From Flavobacteriales bacterium (GTDB taxonomy: Bacteria; Bacteroidota; Bacteroidia; Flavobacteriales_E; Vicingaceae), in the NCBI GenBank assembly GCA_020435335.1, contig JAGQZT010000107.1:4715-68714 (forward strand): a stretch of 64,000 nt of DNA. Reading direction: 5' to 3'. The notes below the pieces were generated by a model, which was given only the letters and a program-made list of their open reading frames with translations, had not been told where the DNA came from and ran no database searches. Position numbers and translations under genes: made by a program. Of the stretch, positions 45,250 through 55,136 are shown piece after piece (positions within the stretch are counted from its first letter, which is position 1; every line of letters begins with the position of its first letter).

Positions 45250-45254
45250 TTCCG

Positions 45255-46358
45255 GTGCATCGACACCACGAACATATCCGACAAAAACTAACTGAGCGAA
45301 AAGCCCAAAATGCGTTGCGTGAGCTGAAAGTTCATTCCGGCCTTATTGATTTTTGTTCCAACGATTACCTCGGACTGGCCCGGGAACCCCAATTACACGA
45401 TTCAGGCCATCATGAATTCTACGGAGCTACCGGATCCCGCTTAATCTCCGGACATCACTCTTTATTCGATGAGGTAGAAAAAGTTCTGGCTACATTTTAC
45501 CAGGCAGAAGCAGCACTGATCTTTAACTCGGGTTATGCCGCTAATCTGGGGTTCTTTTCTTGTGTCCCTCAACGGGGTGATATCATCCTCTACGACGAAT
45601 TGATTCATGCATCCATCCGGGACGGGATCAGGTTGTCGCACGCCAAAAGCTATTCCTTTCCGCACAATGATTCGGAAGCATTAAAACGAAGCCTGGAAAA
45701 AGCCGAAGGCAAGGTGTTTGTGGCTGTCGAATCGGTTTACAGCATGGATGGCGATGCGGCTCCTCTGGAAACCATGGCAGACATTTGTAAAGACTTCGGA
45801 GCGGCACTGGTTGTTGATGAGGCACATGCTGCCGGAGCTTTTGGAGAAGGGAAGGGGTTGGTGGTTCAACGGGGTTTAACAGTACAGGTTTTTGCCCGCG
45901 TGGTTGCTTTCGGAAAAGCTTATGGTTGCCATGGTGCTGCCGTATTGGGTAGTACGGACTTAAAAAATTACCTGATCAATTTTTCGAGGCCTTTGATTTA
46001 CACAACAGCCTTACCATTACCAAGTGTGCTCAGCATAAAAAAAGCACATGAATTTTTACGTGACAACCTGAACCTGATCGAAAAATTGAAAGAGAACATC
46101 GCCTACTTCAGGCAGCAGATAGTTAATAAACAATTGACATTAATCAATTCAATGAGTGCGATCCAGTGTCTGATCATTCCGGGCAATGACAATGTGAAAG
46201 CCGTGGCCGGAAAACTTCAGCAGGCAGGTTTCGATGTGCGCCCGATTTTAAGTCCTACGGTACCCGAAGGACAAGAACGTTTGCGAATTTGTCTGCATAG
46301 TTTCAATACCACCGATCAGATAGATCGTTTTGTAAAAACATTGGAGGAACATGACTGA
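45255..46358 (+). CDS. bioF: 8-amino-7-oxononanoate synthase
   Basis: Contains IDFCSNDYLGL, the PLP-Lys region AFGKAYG, and SVYSMDGD. The probable start is GTG 45255, just after the bioB stop. Confidence 0.9.
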   Translation: MHRHHEHIRQKLTERKAQNALRELKVHSGLIDFCSNDYLGLAREPQLHDSGHHEFYGATGSRLISGHHSLFDEVEKVLATFYQAEAALIFNSGYAANLGFFSCVPQRGDIILYDELIHASIRDGIRLSHAKSYSFPHNDSEALKRSLEKAEGKVFVAVESVYSMDGDAAPLETMADICKDFGAALVVDEAHAAGAFGEGKGLVVQRGLTVQVFARVVAFGKAYGCHGAAVLGSTDLKNYLINFSRPLIYTTALPLPSVLSIKKAHEFLRDNLNLIEKLKENIAYFRQQIVNKQLTLINSMSAIQCLIIPGNDNVKAVAGKLQQAGFDVRPILSPTVPEGQERLRICLHSFNTTDQIDRFVKTLEEHD

Positions 46359-46959
46359 TTATTTTGTGACGGGAATAGGAACCGATGTGGGTAAAACCAT
46401 CGTGGCTGCCGTGCTTACCGAAGCGCTGGAAGCCGATTACTGGAAACCTGTTCAGGCTGGTGATCTGGATCGGTCGGATAGCATTCAGGTCGGACAATTG
46501 ATCACGAATACCAAATCCAGAATTCATCAGGAAGCCTATCGCCTCACGCAGCCGATGTCGCCCCATGCGGCGGCCCGAATCGACGGTGTTGAAATTCAGC
46601 TGGAGTCAATCCATCGGCCGGAAACAAGCAATCGCCTTATCATCGAAGGAGCAGGAGGCCTGATGGTTCCGCTTAATGATAAGCGGTGCATCATCGATCT
46701 GATCCGGCAACTGGATGTTGAAGTGATTCTGGTTTCTCAGAACTACCTGGGGAGTATCAACCACACGTTGCTGAGCATTGATGCTTTGAAACATCGAAAC
46801 ATTCCGGTCAAAGGAATTATATTCAACGGAGCTGAAAACAGCGAATCGGAGCAATTTATTTTGAATACCGGAATTCAGTTGTTGGGTAGGTTGAATCATC
46901 ATGAGCGGGTGACCAAAGAAACGGTCGCTTCCTACAAATCCCGGTTTAGCAGCTTATGA
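46351..46959 (+). CDS. bioD: Dethiobiotin synthase
   Basis: P-loop GTDVGKT and IIEGAGGLMVP. Overlaps bioF by 8 nt. Confidence 0.9.
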   Translation: MTDYFVTGIGTDVGKTIVAAVLTEALEADYWKPVQAGDLDRSDSIQVGQLITNTKSRIHQEAYRLTQPMSPHAAARIDGVEIQLESIHRPETSNRLIIEGAGGLMVPLNDKRCIIDLIRQLDVEVILVSQNYLGSINHTLLSIDALKHRNIPVKGIIFNGAENSESEQFILNTGIQLLGRLNHHERVTKETVASYKSRFSSL

Positions 46960-48221
46960 GTTTACGTGATAAGGATAAACAATACATCTGGCATCCCTTC
47001 GATCAAATGAAGGGAGCCGAGATCATTCCCATCGTAAAAGGAGATGGTGTTTACGTTTACGACGAAAGCGGGAAGCGCTATATCGATGCGTTTTCCAGTT
47101 GGTGGGTAAACCTTCACGGACATGCACATCCCTACATCGCCCAACAGGTGTCGAAACAATTGCACGAACTGGAACACGTGGCATTTGGTGGGTTTACTCA
47201 CCCGCAGGCCGTCCGGCTGGCAGAACGGTTGGTGAACCTGCTGCCTCTGGGTGTGACCAAAGTATTTTTCTCCGATAACGGATCCACGGCGAACGAAGTA
47301 GCGTTGAAAATGGCCATTCAGTATTGGTTTAACCGGGGTGAAAAGCGGAATACGTTTATTGCGCTGGAAAACGATTATCACGGGGATACCTTTGGGAGCA
47401 TGAGTTTAACGGCCCGCGGGGGGTTCAATGAACCTTTCGAACGTTTCATGTTTCAGGTGGAGTTTATTCCTGCCCCGACAGCAGCAAATTTGAATTCCGT
47501 ATTGGAGCGTCTGGAGAGCTTGTTGAAAACCGGAGATGTGGCTGCATTTGTTTTTGAGCCGCTCGTTCAGGGAGCAGCCGGCATGTTGATGCACGAGTCT
47601 GAAGCACTTTCGCAGGTGCTGGCCTTGTGCAAGAAGCATGAAGTCCTGACCATTGCCGATGAAGTGTTTACGGGCTTTGGGAGGACCGGGCGCATGTTTG
47701 CATCCGATCATCTTACGGAATCTCCTGATATGATGTGCCTGTCAAAAGGACTCACCGGTGGATTCCTGCCACTTGGTATCACGGCTGTTTCAGAGAAAAT
47801 CTATCAGGCGTTCTACTCGGATGAACGAAAGCATAGTTTCCTGCACGGACATTCCTACACCGGAAACCCAGTGGCTTGTGCGGCGGCTAATGCCTCACTC
47901 GATTTGTTTGAACAGGAGGATGTACTCGCCCGTGCCGCATTTATCTCCGCAGCTCATCAGGATTTTGTTCAGCGGATTAAAGATCATGATAAAGTCAGGT
48001 CAGCCAGAAGTTTCGGAAGCATCATGGCCGTTGAACTGGAATCGGATGCGGTTAGCGGGTACTTTAATGATGCAGGCAAATCAGCTTACAGGTGGCTATT
48101 GGAAAAGGGGATTATCATGAGGCCTCTCGGAAATGTGCTGGTATTGGTTCCGCCTTATTGCATCTCGGCCGGTGAACTGGATTACATTTACCGGTCTGTC
48201 GAGGAGTACCTGAATAATTAG
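46956..48221 (+). CDS. bioA: Adenosylmethionine-8-amino-7-oxononanoate aminotransferase
   Basis: Class III aminotransferase with ADEVFTGFGRTG and PLP-Lys in LSKGLTGG. Overlaps bioD by 4 nt. Confidence 0.93.
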   Translation: MSLRDKDKQYIWHPFDQMKGAEIIPIVKGDGVYVYDESGKRYIDAFSSWWVNLHGHAHPYIAQQVSKQLHELEHVAFGGFTHPQAVRLAERLVNLLPLGVTKVFFSDNGSTANEVALKMAIQYWFNRGEKRNTFIALENDYHGDTFGSMSLTARGGFNEPFERFMFQVEFIPAPTAANLNSVLERLESLLKTGDVAAFVFEPLVQGAAGMLMHESEALSQVLALCKKHEVLTIADEVFTGFGRTGRMFASDHLTESPDMMCLSKGLTGGFLPLGITAVSEKIYQAFYSDERKHSFLHGHSYTGNPVACAAANASLDLFEQEDVLARAAFISAAHQDFVQRIKDHDKVRSARSFGSIMAVELESDAVSGYFNDAGKSAYRWLLEKGIIMRPLGNVLVLVPPYCISAGELDYIYRSVEEYLNN

Positions 48222-48544
48222 TGTTTGTTTTCTTCGAGCAATTCCGAGCTTAACCGCTTATAGATGTGCTCTTTGTCGAACCTGTTGATGGTCAGCTTGT
48301 ACTTTCTGATGTAGCAGAATAACAGCGTTAAAAATAAGGAGGAACAACCGGCAATAACAAGAGCTGTAACTTTGACATGAACACCGACATAGGGCATGAG
48401 CTTGTATCCAACAAAAAAAGTAAGGATCGTCAAAGCAAAAATTTCGAACCAATTCAGGGCGACCTTAATCTTAAGCTCGGTAAAATACTTTTTAAATAGC
48501 TTGTCCCTTTCTTTGTAGCCGAGTTTTGGCTTTTGTTCAGTCAT
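48218..48544 (-). CDS. Hypothetical two-TM membrane protein
   Basis: 108-aa ORF with two hydrophobic helices. I recognise no family. Confidence 0.45.
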   Translation of the reverse strand: MTEQKPKLGYKERDKLFKKYFTELKIKVALNWFEIFALTILTFFVGYKLMPYVGVHVKVTALVIAGCSSLFLTLLFCYIRKYKLTINRFDKEHIYKRLSSELLEENKH

Positions 48545-48684
48545 TTTTTTTGTATAAAATTTAACAAGCAGTTAAATAATGCCCCGAAGTTAATTTTTTA
48601 TTATCGGAAAACAAACCGTTCGTTAACGAACTTATCAACTACGTAATTTTACAAGGAAGGGCTCCCGATGTGTTAATTACGTAC

Positions 48685-51045
48685 TTATTGTAGAATAACT
48701 TTTTTAATTTCCGGTGTGTTGGTACCATCCCGCAAAACCAGAATGTAATTTCCTCTTTTCCAGTTGCCGGTATTGACTTTAAGTTTCTTTTGGAATGAGA
48801 ACTGTTCAATTAGTTTTCCCTGAAGATCATAAATTTCCACCTGTGCAGTGGCACTTTGAAGGTTCTCAATGGTCAGGTCGTCGTGAGCAGGGTTTGGATA
48901 AACATTAAACTGAGAAGCTGCCTGTTCAACTTCTTCGTTAACACCGATAGCAATGGCGCTGTTGGCAAAAGTGTATTCGCCCAGCATGATGCTGTCGACG
49001 GTAACCCAGCCATATGCCAGAGTCTGGCTGATCAGCGTTTTGGTGTAGTAGGGATAAACCTGCCAGTCGTAGCTCGGATCCGGGCGATATAGTAGGATGA
49101 TGCTGTCGCCATTAACAGGAACCAGATCAAAATCCAGGTAGCCTTTGGAGGCTCTGCCATCAAATTCGAGGCGGAAGTTTCCGGAAAAACCCGGAGATAA
49201 AATACCGTCTACGCTCCAATACCTGCTGGATGAGATACGGTGGTTTAGTGGATTATTCTTGATGCTGTCTGGGGCCACCCAATGGTGTTCAAACATGATA
49301 AATGAAGAGTCGGACACGTTCGTTACATTCAGGCTTTTAACCATAGAAAGGCTGAAATTGACATTGCTGACCGGGTTTTTTATGATCACTTTGTCGTCTG
49401 TCCGGGCCTGGTTCAACTTATTGCTTTCATTTAAGATGGCAAATGCCGGATTAAAAGGAACGGTTATCGTACTGTTGGAAAATTCTCCCGAAGCAACAAG
49501 CGTATCCAGGTAACTGTTCCAGCTGTTGTCGTAAAATGTGATTAACAGCGGGGTTCCGGTATGAAAGTTCGAGGCTCCTCTCAGTTTTTGCCTCACATAA
49601 ACCGTAACGTCGTGATTAGGGCCGTTTGGTACGGATGTCAGCGAGTCGATGTCGAAATGCGAAAAACCCGGAGCGAAGATCCAGTCGTTGAAAAAGTTGG
49701 TCATATCCACTCCTGTAGAGTTCGTTAATTCATCCCTGAATTGGGCAGAATTAATGGTTTTGAACTGGTAATTCGTGGTAATGGATTTCAGCCCGGTAAA
49801 GAACAGGGAGTCGCCCATGTAGGCACGCATGTTGTGTGCCACGGAAGCTCCTTTATTGTATACATGCTCGCCATACGTATATTCATGAGGAATGCCCGAA
49901 ACAGCTCTATATCCTCCTTCATTCAGGTGAGTGAACTGGATCACGTCTTTGTGGTTGGCTTTGATCTCATCCAGTGAAGTGGCATAATCGTAGATGTTCT
50001 CCAGAAAAAGGTGTTCGGAGTAGGTGGCCATGCCTTCGTTGATCCACATGTCGCCGGCCGTTTCACAGGTTACCAGGTCGCCCCACCAGTGATGGGAAAA
50101 TTCGTGCGCCATGAGGGTTTCGTAAGTCAGGTTGCCGTTGGCGGTTAACACGGGATAGGCGATGTTGGTGGCGTGTTCCATGGCACCCGAAGAAAAAGGA
50201 ACAAGGGAGTAACCGATCTTATCCCAGACATAGGGTCCGTAATGTTGCTCATAGGCATCCAGGGCACCGTTGAGGTTAACGAATGAATTCTTCATGTTTG
50301 TGGTATCGCCGGCTAAAGCAGCCAGTTCAACGGGGATGTTACCCAGCATGCCGTTAAAATTCCAGTGCACCGTTTCGTAGGGCGCAACGGCGACACAGGC
50401 GAGGTAAGTCGGAATCTCGTCATTCATAACCCAGGTGCGGGTTATCGTATCTCCGGTAATGATCGCTTCGTTGGTTAGCAAACCATTGCAATGTGCTTTT
50501 TTACCTCCTCCGGTTGTGATGTTGAACTCGTAGGTGGATCGCTCCACGAAGTTGTCGAAACAGGGAAACCAAACCCTGCCGTAGTTATGCGGATCATCGT
50601 CAAATCCGACTCCCAGGTTAAAGGCATACTGGCCTGAAAAATAAAAGCCGCCCCATCCGGAAGGATCCATCTGCGGACTTCCTCCATAATAAACCGTTAC
50701 GGTAGAAGTATCTGTTGTATTCAGTGCTGCAGGGAGGGTAATTTTAATGAGGGTGTCGTTGTGGGTATAGCTCAGTAAGGTTCCCAGGGATTTGACGGAA
50801 TCGACGGTCAGGTTCAGTAAGTCGAGGTTGATGTTGGAAATACCGTTCATTTTTGGGGTGAATTTCACCACACAATGACCACTTATCTGTTGATTTCCCA
50901 CATTGGTCATGTCCAGATTGATCTGGTAATTCAATACATCAATGGTGTCGCTTCGGCTATTCAGTGCTTTCTGTTGATGAGTCTTTTGAGCGCTGGAATT
51001 CAGGCTGATAAGCGCGGTCAGGAAAAATAAATACAGGTGTTTCAT
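48685..51045 (-). CDS. M1 family (aminopeptidase N-like) metallopeptidase with T9SS C-terminal sorting domain
   Basis: Signal peptide, GAMEH exopeptidase motif, HEFSHHWWGD...WINEGMATY (HExxH-x18-E), and a C-terminal NVYPNPAHDDLTI...YILVLRDG...KKVILQ sorting domain. Confidence 0.9.
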   Translation of the reverse strand: MKHLYLFFLTALISLNSSAQKTHQQKALNSRSDTIDVLNYQINLDMTNVGNQQISGHCVVKFTPKMNGISNINLDLLNLTVDSVKSLGTLLSYTHNDTLIKITLPAALNTTDTSTVTVYYGGSPQMDPSGWGGFYFSGQYAFNLGVGFDDDPHNYGRVWFPCFDNFVERSTYEFNITTGGGKKAHCNGLLTNEAIITGDTITRTWVMNDEIPTYLACVAVAPYETVHWNFNGMLGNIPVELAALAGDTTNMKNSFVNLNGALDAYEQHYGPYVWDKIGYSLVPFSSGAMEHATNIAYPVLTANGNLTYETLMAHEFSHHWWGDLVTCETAGDMWINEGMATYSEHLFLENIYDYATSLDEIKANHKDVIQFTHLNEGGYRAVSGIPHEYTYGEHVYNKGASVAHNMRAYMGDSLFFTGLKSITTNYQFKTINSAQFRDELTNSTGVDMTNFFNDWIFAPGFSHFDIDSLTSVPNGPNHDVTVYVRQKLRGASNFHTGTPLLITFYDNSWNSYLDTLVASGEFSNSTITVPFNPAFAILNESNKLNQARTDDKVIIKNPVSNVNFSLSMVKSLNVTNVSDSSFIMFEHHWVAPDSIKNNPLNHRISSSRYWSVDGILSPGFSGNFRLEFDGRASKGYLDFDLVPVNGDSIILLYRPDPSYDWQVYPYYTKTLISQTLAYGWVTVDSIMLGEYTFANSAIAIGVNEEVEQAASQFNVYPNPAHDDLTIENLQSATAQVEIYDLQGKLIEQFSFQKKLKVNTGNWKRGNYILVLRDGTNTPEIKKVILQ

Positions 51046-51210
51046 ACGTCAAAATCTGAGTCCATAAAGTTAATTAAAAGTTGGCATATAAAAACTACCG
51101 TTTATGAAATGAAAACAACACCTTATTAAAATTGTAATCCTATGATTGAATATTTTAGCCTTCAATGGATTTTATTAATAAATTTACAACTCCTCTAATC
51201 TTGAATTGCT

Positions 51211-52746
51211 ATGAAACCATCTCCGGAACTCTTCAACCTGATCAAATCTTTATCCAAATCGGAGAAGAGGTATTTTAAACTGGCTTCTTCCCTGCAAGCC
51301 GGAGAAAAGAACTACATGAAGCTCGTTGATGCGATAGAGGAGCAGGAAGAATATGATGAGGAGGCGATCAAAGATAAATTCGACGGAGAGGTTTTTATCA
51401 AACACCTGCCCTCGGAAAAGAATCATCTTTACAGTCTCATTCTTAAAAGTCTAAGGGGTTTTTATGCTGATAAATCTGCGGCAGCAATTTTACAGGAGCA
51501 GTTGCGTAATATTGAATTGCTATTTAATAAGGCGCTCTACAAAGAATGCTCAAAAATCATCAAGAAAGCCAAAAAGATCGCCTACAATTATGAAAAACAT
51601 TACTTTTTACTCGACCTGATCGGCTGGGAAAAGATTTTGGTGGAAGAAGAATACCTGCAGGGAAAGTTTGATAAGGATCTGACCAAGCTGGTGGAGGAAG
51701 AAAGTGAATGCCTTGAAAAGCTGAGGAACCTCGCCGAGTATCAAATCTTATATTCCAAGATCAATTATGCATTCCGAAGGGGAGGTTATGTTCGAAATGA
51801 CGAGGAGAAGAAGATTGTGAACGACATTGCCAACTACCACCTGATTAAGGGTAAAAATACGGCCTTATCCACCAAGGCAGCAACGGCCTGTTATTACATC
51901 AAAGGATTGTGTGCTACGACCGAACGGAACCTCGATGAGTCCTATGTGAACTTCAAGAAGGTTGCCAAGATCATGGAAGAGAACCCGACCATCATGCAGG
52001 AATTGCCGACACGGTATGTCAAGGCCCTCAATAACATCATGTTTGCACAAATGGATTATGGCCGATGGGAGGAATGCTTCAACATGATCGATAAGATGAA
52101 GGGGTTATCCAAAAAATCAGGTTTCGAAAGTATGGACGTGCAGCTCAAGCTGTTTACCTTTTCCAATAACGGAGAATTGCTGGCCAACATCGCATTGGGT
52201 AATTTTGAACGGGCCAGGCTGCAGGTGATTCCGGATATTCTGGATGGCATCGAACGCTATGCCGGTAAGATCAATAAAGAAGAACAAATGCTGTTCTACT
52301 ACAACATTACCCGGGTGTATATCGGTTGCGGAGATTATAAACAGGCCCTCAAATACATCAACATGGTGTTAAATGACAGTGAACTTGGTTTGAGAGAGGA
52401 TGTGTACGCGTTCGCCCGATTGGTGAACCTCATCATTCATTACGAACTGGGGAACCTTGATCTGCTGGATTATACCATCAAATCGACCAAGCGATTCGTT
52501 ACGAAAAGCAAGAAGAATTATAAGTTCGAGACTGTTTTCCTGAAAGATTTCAAGAAACTACTCAAATCCAAGTCGCCTGAGGCCACATTAGCCTTGTTTA
52601 AAACCTTCAAATCCGAGTTGAAAGAAATCCTGAAAGATCCGTTTGAGCAGCCGGCCAATGAGTATTTCGATTTTATTTCGTGGCTGGACAGCAAGATTGA
52701 GAACAAGTCTTTTGCCGAGGTTGTTGAGCGAAAAGTAAAAGCTTAA
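51211..52746 (+). CDS. Conserved hypothetical all-helical protein
   Basis: 511-aa ORF with uniform coding-like composition. I recognise no catalytic motifs. Confidence 0.6.
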   Translation: MKPSPELFNLIKSLSKSEKRYFKLASSLQAGEKNYMKLVDAIEEQEEYDEEAIKDKFDGEVFIKHLPSEKNHLYSLILKSLRGFYADKSAAAILQEQLRNIELLFNKALYKECSKIIKKAKKIAYNYEKHYFLLDLIGWEKILVEEEYLQGKFDKDLTKLVEEESECLEKLRNLAEYQILYSKINYAFRRGGYVRNDEEKKIVNDIANYHLIKGKNTALSTKAATACYYIKGLCATTERNLDESYVNFKKVAKIMEENPTIMQELPTRYVKALNNIMFAQMDYGRWEECFNMIDKMKGLSKKSGFESMDVQLKLFTFSNNGELLANIALGNFERARLQVIPDILDGIERYAGKINKEEQMLFYYNITRVYIGCGDYKQALKYINMVLNDSELGLREDVYAFARLVNLIIHYELGNLDLLDYTIKSTKRFVTKSKKNYKFETVFLKDFKKLLKSKSPEATLALFKTFKSELKEILKDPFEQPANEYFDFISWLDSKIENKSFAEVVERKVKA

Positions 52747-53477
52747 GCCTGCCGTTGTTTCACGGCTTCATACAAGATGATGCCTGTAGCAACAGACACA
52801 TTCAGTGAGCTGATCTCACCCAGCATGGGTATTTTGGCTTTGGAATCCGCAATTTTCAGAATCTGATTGGAAATTCCCTTTTCTTCGTTGCCCATAATAA
52901 TAGCCGTGGGAACGGAATAATCCGGCTCGTAGATGTTCCCTTCGGTCTTTTCGGTGCAGGCGACCAACTGAATTCCGCTGGCTTGAAGGAACATGGCCGT
53001 ATCAGTCAGGTTGTCTACTTTACAAACAGGAATTCGATTCAAAGCTCCCGCCGATGTTTTAATCGCATCGCCGTTGATCTGGGCCGATTCCCGTTTCGGA
53101 ATCACGATGGCATCCACACCGGCACATTCTGCCGTACGGGCAATGGCTCCGAAATTTCTCACATCCGTAACCCGGTCGAGAACCAAAATAAAAGGTGTTT
53201 TATTTTCCTCAAACAGAGTAGGTACCAGCGTTTCGATGTCGGTGAGTTCGATCGGTGAGATAAACCCGACCACACCTTGATGATTTTGACGGGTGAGCTT
53301 GTTGAGCTTCTGAACCGGTACATGTACGAAGGGAATCTTACTCTTTTTTACGGCATTGCGCAGTTCGGTGATTCCGGCTCCGCTGATGTCTTTTTGGATG
53401 TACAGTTTGTCGATCTCCTTACCGGCAAGGATCGTTTCGATCACCGGCTTGATACCAAATATGAGGTTGTCTTGCAT
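52743..53477 (-). CDS. rlmB: 23S rRNA (guanosine-2'-O-)-methyltransferase, SpoU/TrmH family
   Basis: N-terminal substrate-binding domain plus SPOUT motifs VTDVRNFGAIARTA, IIMGNEEKG and SLNVSVATGI. Confidence 0.8.
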   Translation of the reverse strand: MQDNLIFGIKPVIETILAGKEIDKLYIQKDISGAGITELRNAVKKSKIPFVHVPVQKLNKLTRQNHQGVVGFISPIELTDIETLVPTLFEENKTPFILVLDRVTDVRNFGAIARTAECAGVDAIVIPKRESAQINGDAIKTSAGALNRIPVCKVDNLTDTAMFLQASGIQLVACTEKTEGNIYEPDYSVPTAIIMGNEEKGISNQILKIADSKAKIPMLGEISSLNVSVATGIILYEAVKQRQA

Positions 53478-53486
53478 GCGTATTGT

Positions 53487-54476
53487 TTAATCAATTATAA
53501 AAGCTTTATAATAATGTGTTTGTCCTTGTATGGTTGTCTGTATAACGTACATTCCTGTTTCGTATGATGTGGTATTTATTTCAATGGTTTTCGATAGGTT
53601 TATTTCATTTAACATCATTTTTCCCATGGAATTATAAATAATAAGTTGCTCGATAGCGGAGTTTTCAGTAGTTATTTTCCAGTTCTTTCGGGTAGGGTTG
53701 GGGTAAATTATTAGTTCGCTAGTAGGAGAATACTCGGGTGTGGATGTTATGATCATACACCCGAGAGAATCATTAGAAACACATACGTCATCAATAAAAT
53801 AATAAGATTGATTGACCCATGGGATGTCGGTATTTGTATTGTTGTCGGTAAAAAAATTACCAATGATTAGATACTGAGCATTGGTCGAGGCGGTGAAATT
53901 TCCTGAGACTTTATGCCATCCTGAATAATCAGATATTACGGATGTGTCAAGAATGTCCGGAGTAAAATTCAAGTTTCTCTCGTACGTTGAATCGATGGCG
54001 ACCGATGAAAAATACATACCGAGATTGTTGGCTCCGATTTTCGAATCGGCTAATGAGCAATAAAACTCAGCGTAGTAAGTTTGTCCAATGGTAAGTGGCT
54101 GATTTAAATGAACTTGTAGGTACTCTCTGTAATTTGGCCCGCTGGGTTGACCACCTGTTCCCCAGGTGTATATACCTGCCATATTAAACCCTGATCTTGG
54201 GTTTTGGATTCCAGGTGTTCCCCCGGAACCACTGAGGGGATATGCGTAACAGGTGTTGCTGCTTAGTGTGGAATATAAATCGGAAGATCCATCTGTAGGC
54301 ATTGTCCAGTTTACGATGTAAAAGTCAAACCAATATTGAGAGCCAATAAATGAGCACGGTAAAGAATCTAAATTTTCGAAACTATGATTGGGAACAAAGT
54401 TATTTTGAGCCTTCATCTCTAATCCGACTAGTATTAATATAAATAAAATGGCGGATGAAATTCTTTTATAATACAT
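53487..54476 (-). CDS. Secreted hypothetical protein with T9SS C-terminal sorting domain (low-GC gene)
   Basis: Signal peptide and a C-terminal IIYPNPTRKNW...GMYVIQTT...KAFIID sorting domain. A sampled 60-nt block is about 35% GC. Confidence 0.75.
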   Translation of the reverse strand: MYYKRISSAILFILILVGLEMKAQNNFVPNHSFENLDSLPCSFIGSQYWFDFYIVNWTMPTDGSSDLYSTLSSNTCYAYPLSGSGGTPGIQNPRSGFNMAGIYTWGTGGQPSGPNYREYLQVHLNQPLTIGQTYYAEFYCSLADSKIGANNLGMYFSSVAIDSTYERNLNFTPDILDTSVISDYSGWHKVSGNFTASTNAQYLIIGNFFTDNNTNTDIPWVNQSYYFIDDVCVSNDSLGCMIITSTPEYSPTSELIIYPNPTRKNWKITTENSAIEQLIIYNSMGKMMLNEINLSKTIEINTTSYETGMYVIQTTIQGQTHYYKAFIID

Positions 54477-54480
54477 ATCT

Positions 54481-55131
54481 CTATAGTTTAGTAAAAGTCA
54501 CCTTCGCAAAAACAGGTTTTACCGTAACACCATTGCCAAGCGGTGTGTCAACAAACAGGGTGATGGGTTGAGGTGGTGTAGATACGCTGTTGGCCGATGT
54601 AAATGTGGTTCCATCATCGGTACCGGCATCGTATACATAGGCATTAACGGTTTTTTTGTCTACGAACAGTTCGTTTTCAAAGAGGTTGACGCTGACCGCT
54701 GCAACGTACCAGTCGGGGCTCGGGGCGACCATCGTGCATAAACTGATCCGGGGATGGTCTATGCTTACGTCAATGTCGATCGATAACTCACCGGTTCCGG
54801 TGCTTAAGCTTTCACCGATTACCGGCGTGTAACCCATTTCTTCGATCTCATTGTCTAGCGGAGAGGTCTGCCCTCGTTCGGCCATGTCTTTGATGCCTGT
54901 GGTGGCATAGGTGCCCCGTTTCATCAGGGTGTCATTCGGGCCATGACTCCAGCCGATCAGCTTGGAGAAATGCGCATTTGCCGGATAGCTGGTCGGGAAA
55001 TCGGTCGAATTCCAGTAAAAAGTTACCGTAGCCGTATAGCTTGCATAAAACCGGCCCTCACTTTCTTCCTTTTTACAGGCGGTAAATAGCAGGCTGATGA
55101 TGAATAAGATCGTAAGTTGTTTCATAACCAT
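54481..55131 (-). CDS. Spondin_N domain lipoprotein
   Basis: Lipobox LFTAC. Motifs AHFSKLIGWSHGPN and APSPDWYVAAV match the F-spondin N-terminal domain signature. Confidence 0.7.
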   Translation of the reverse strand: MVMKQLTILFIISLLFTACKKEESEGRFYASYTATVTFYWNSTDFPTSYPANAHFSKLIGWSHGPNDTLMKRGTYATTGIKDMAERGQTSPLDNEIEEMGYTPVIGESLSTGTGELSIDIDVSIDHPRISLCTMVAPSPDWYVAAVSVNLFENELFVDKKTVNAYVYDAGTDDGTTFTSANSVSTPPQPITLFVDTPLGNGVTVKPVFAKVTFTKL

Positions 55132-55136
55132 TCCAT

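Noticed and set aside
45156-45254. Upstream extension of the bioF ORF overlapping the bioB tail. Similar N-terminal extensions occur at 56403-56648, 24630-24686, 12334-12357, 41607-41624, 44128-44136 and 57721-57735.
   Set aside because: The extensions have non-protein-like sequence or use TTG starts inside or next to -7 boxes, and they overlap the preceding gene. The downstream starts give canonical N-termini or signal peptides.
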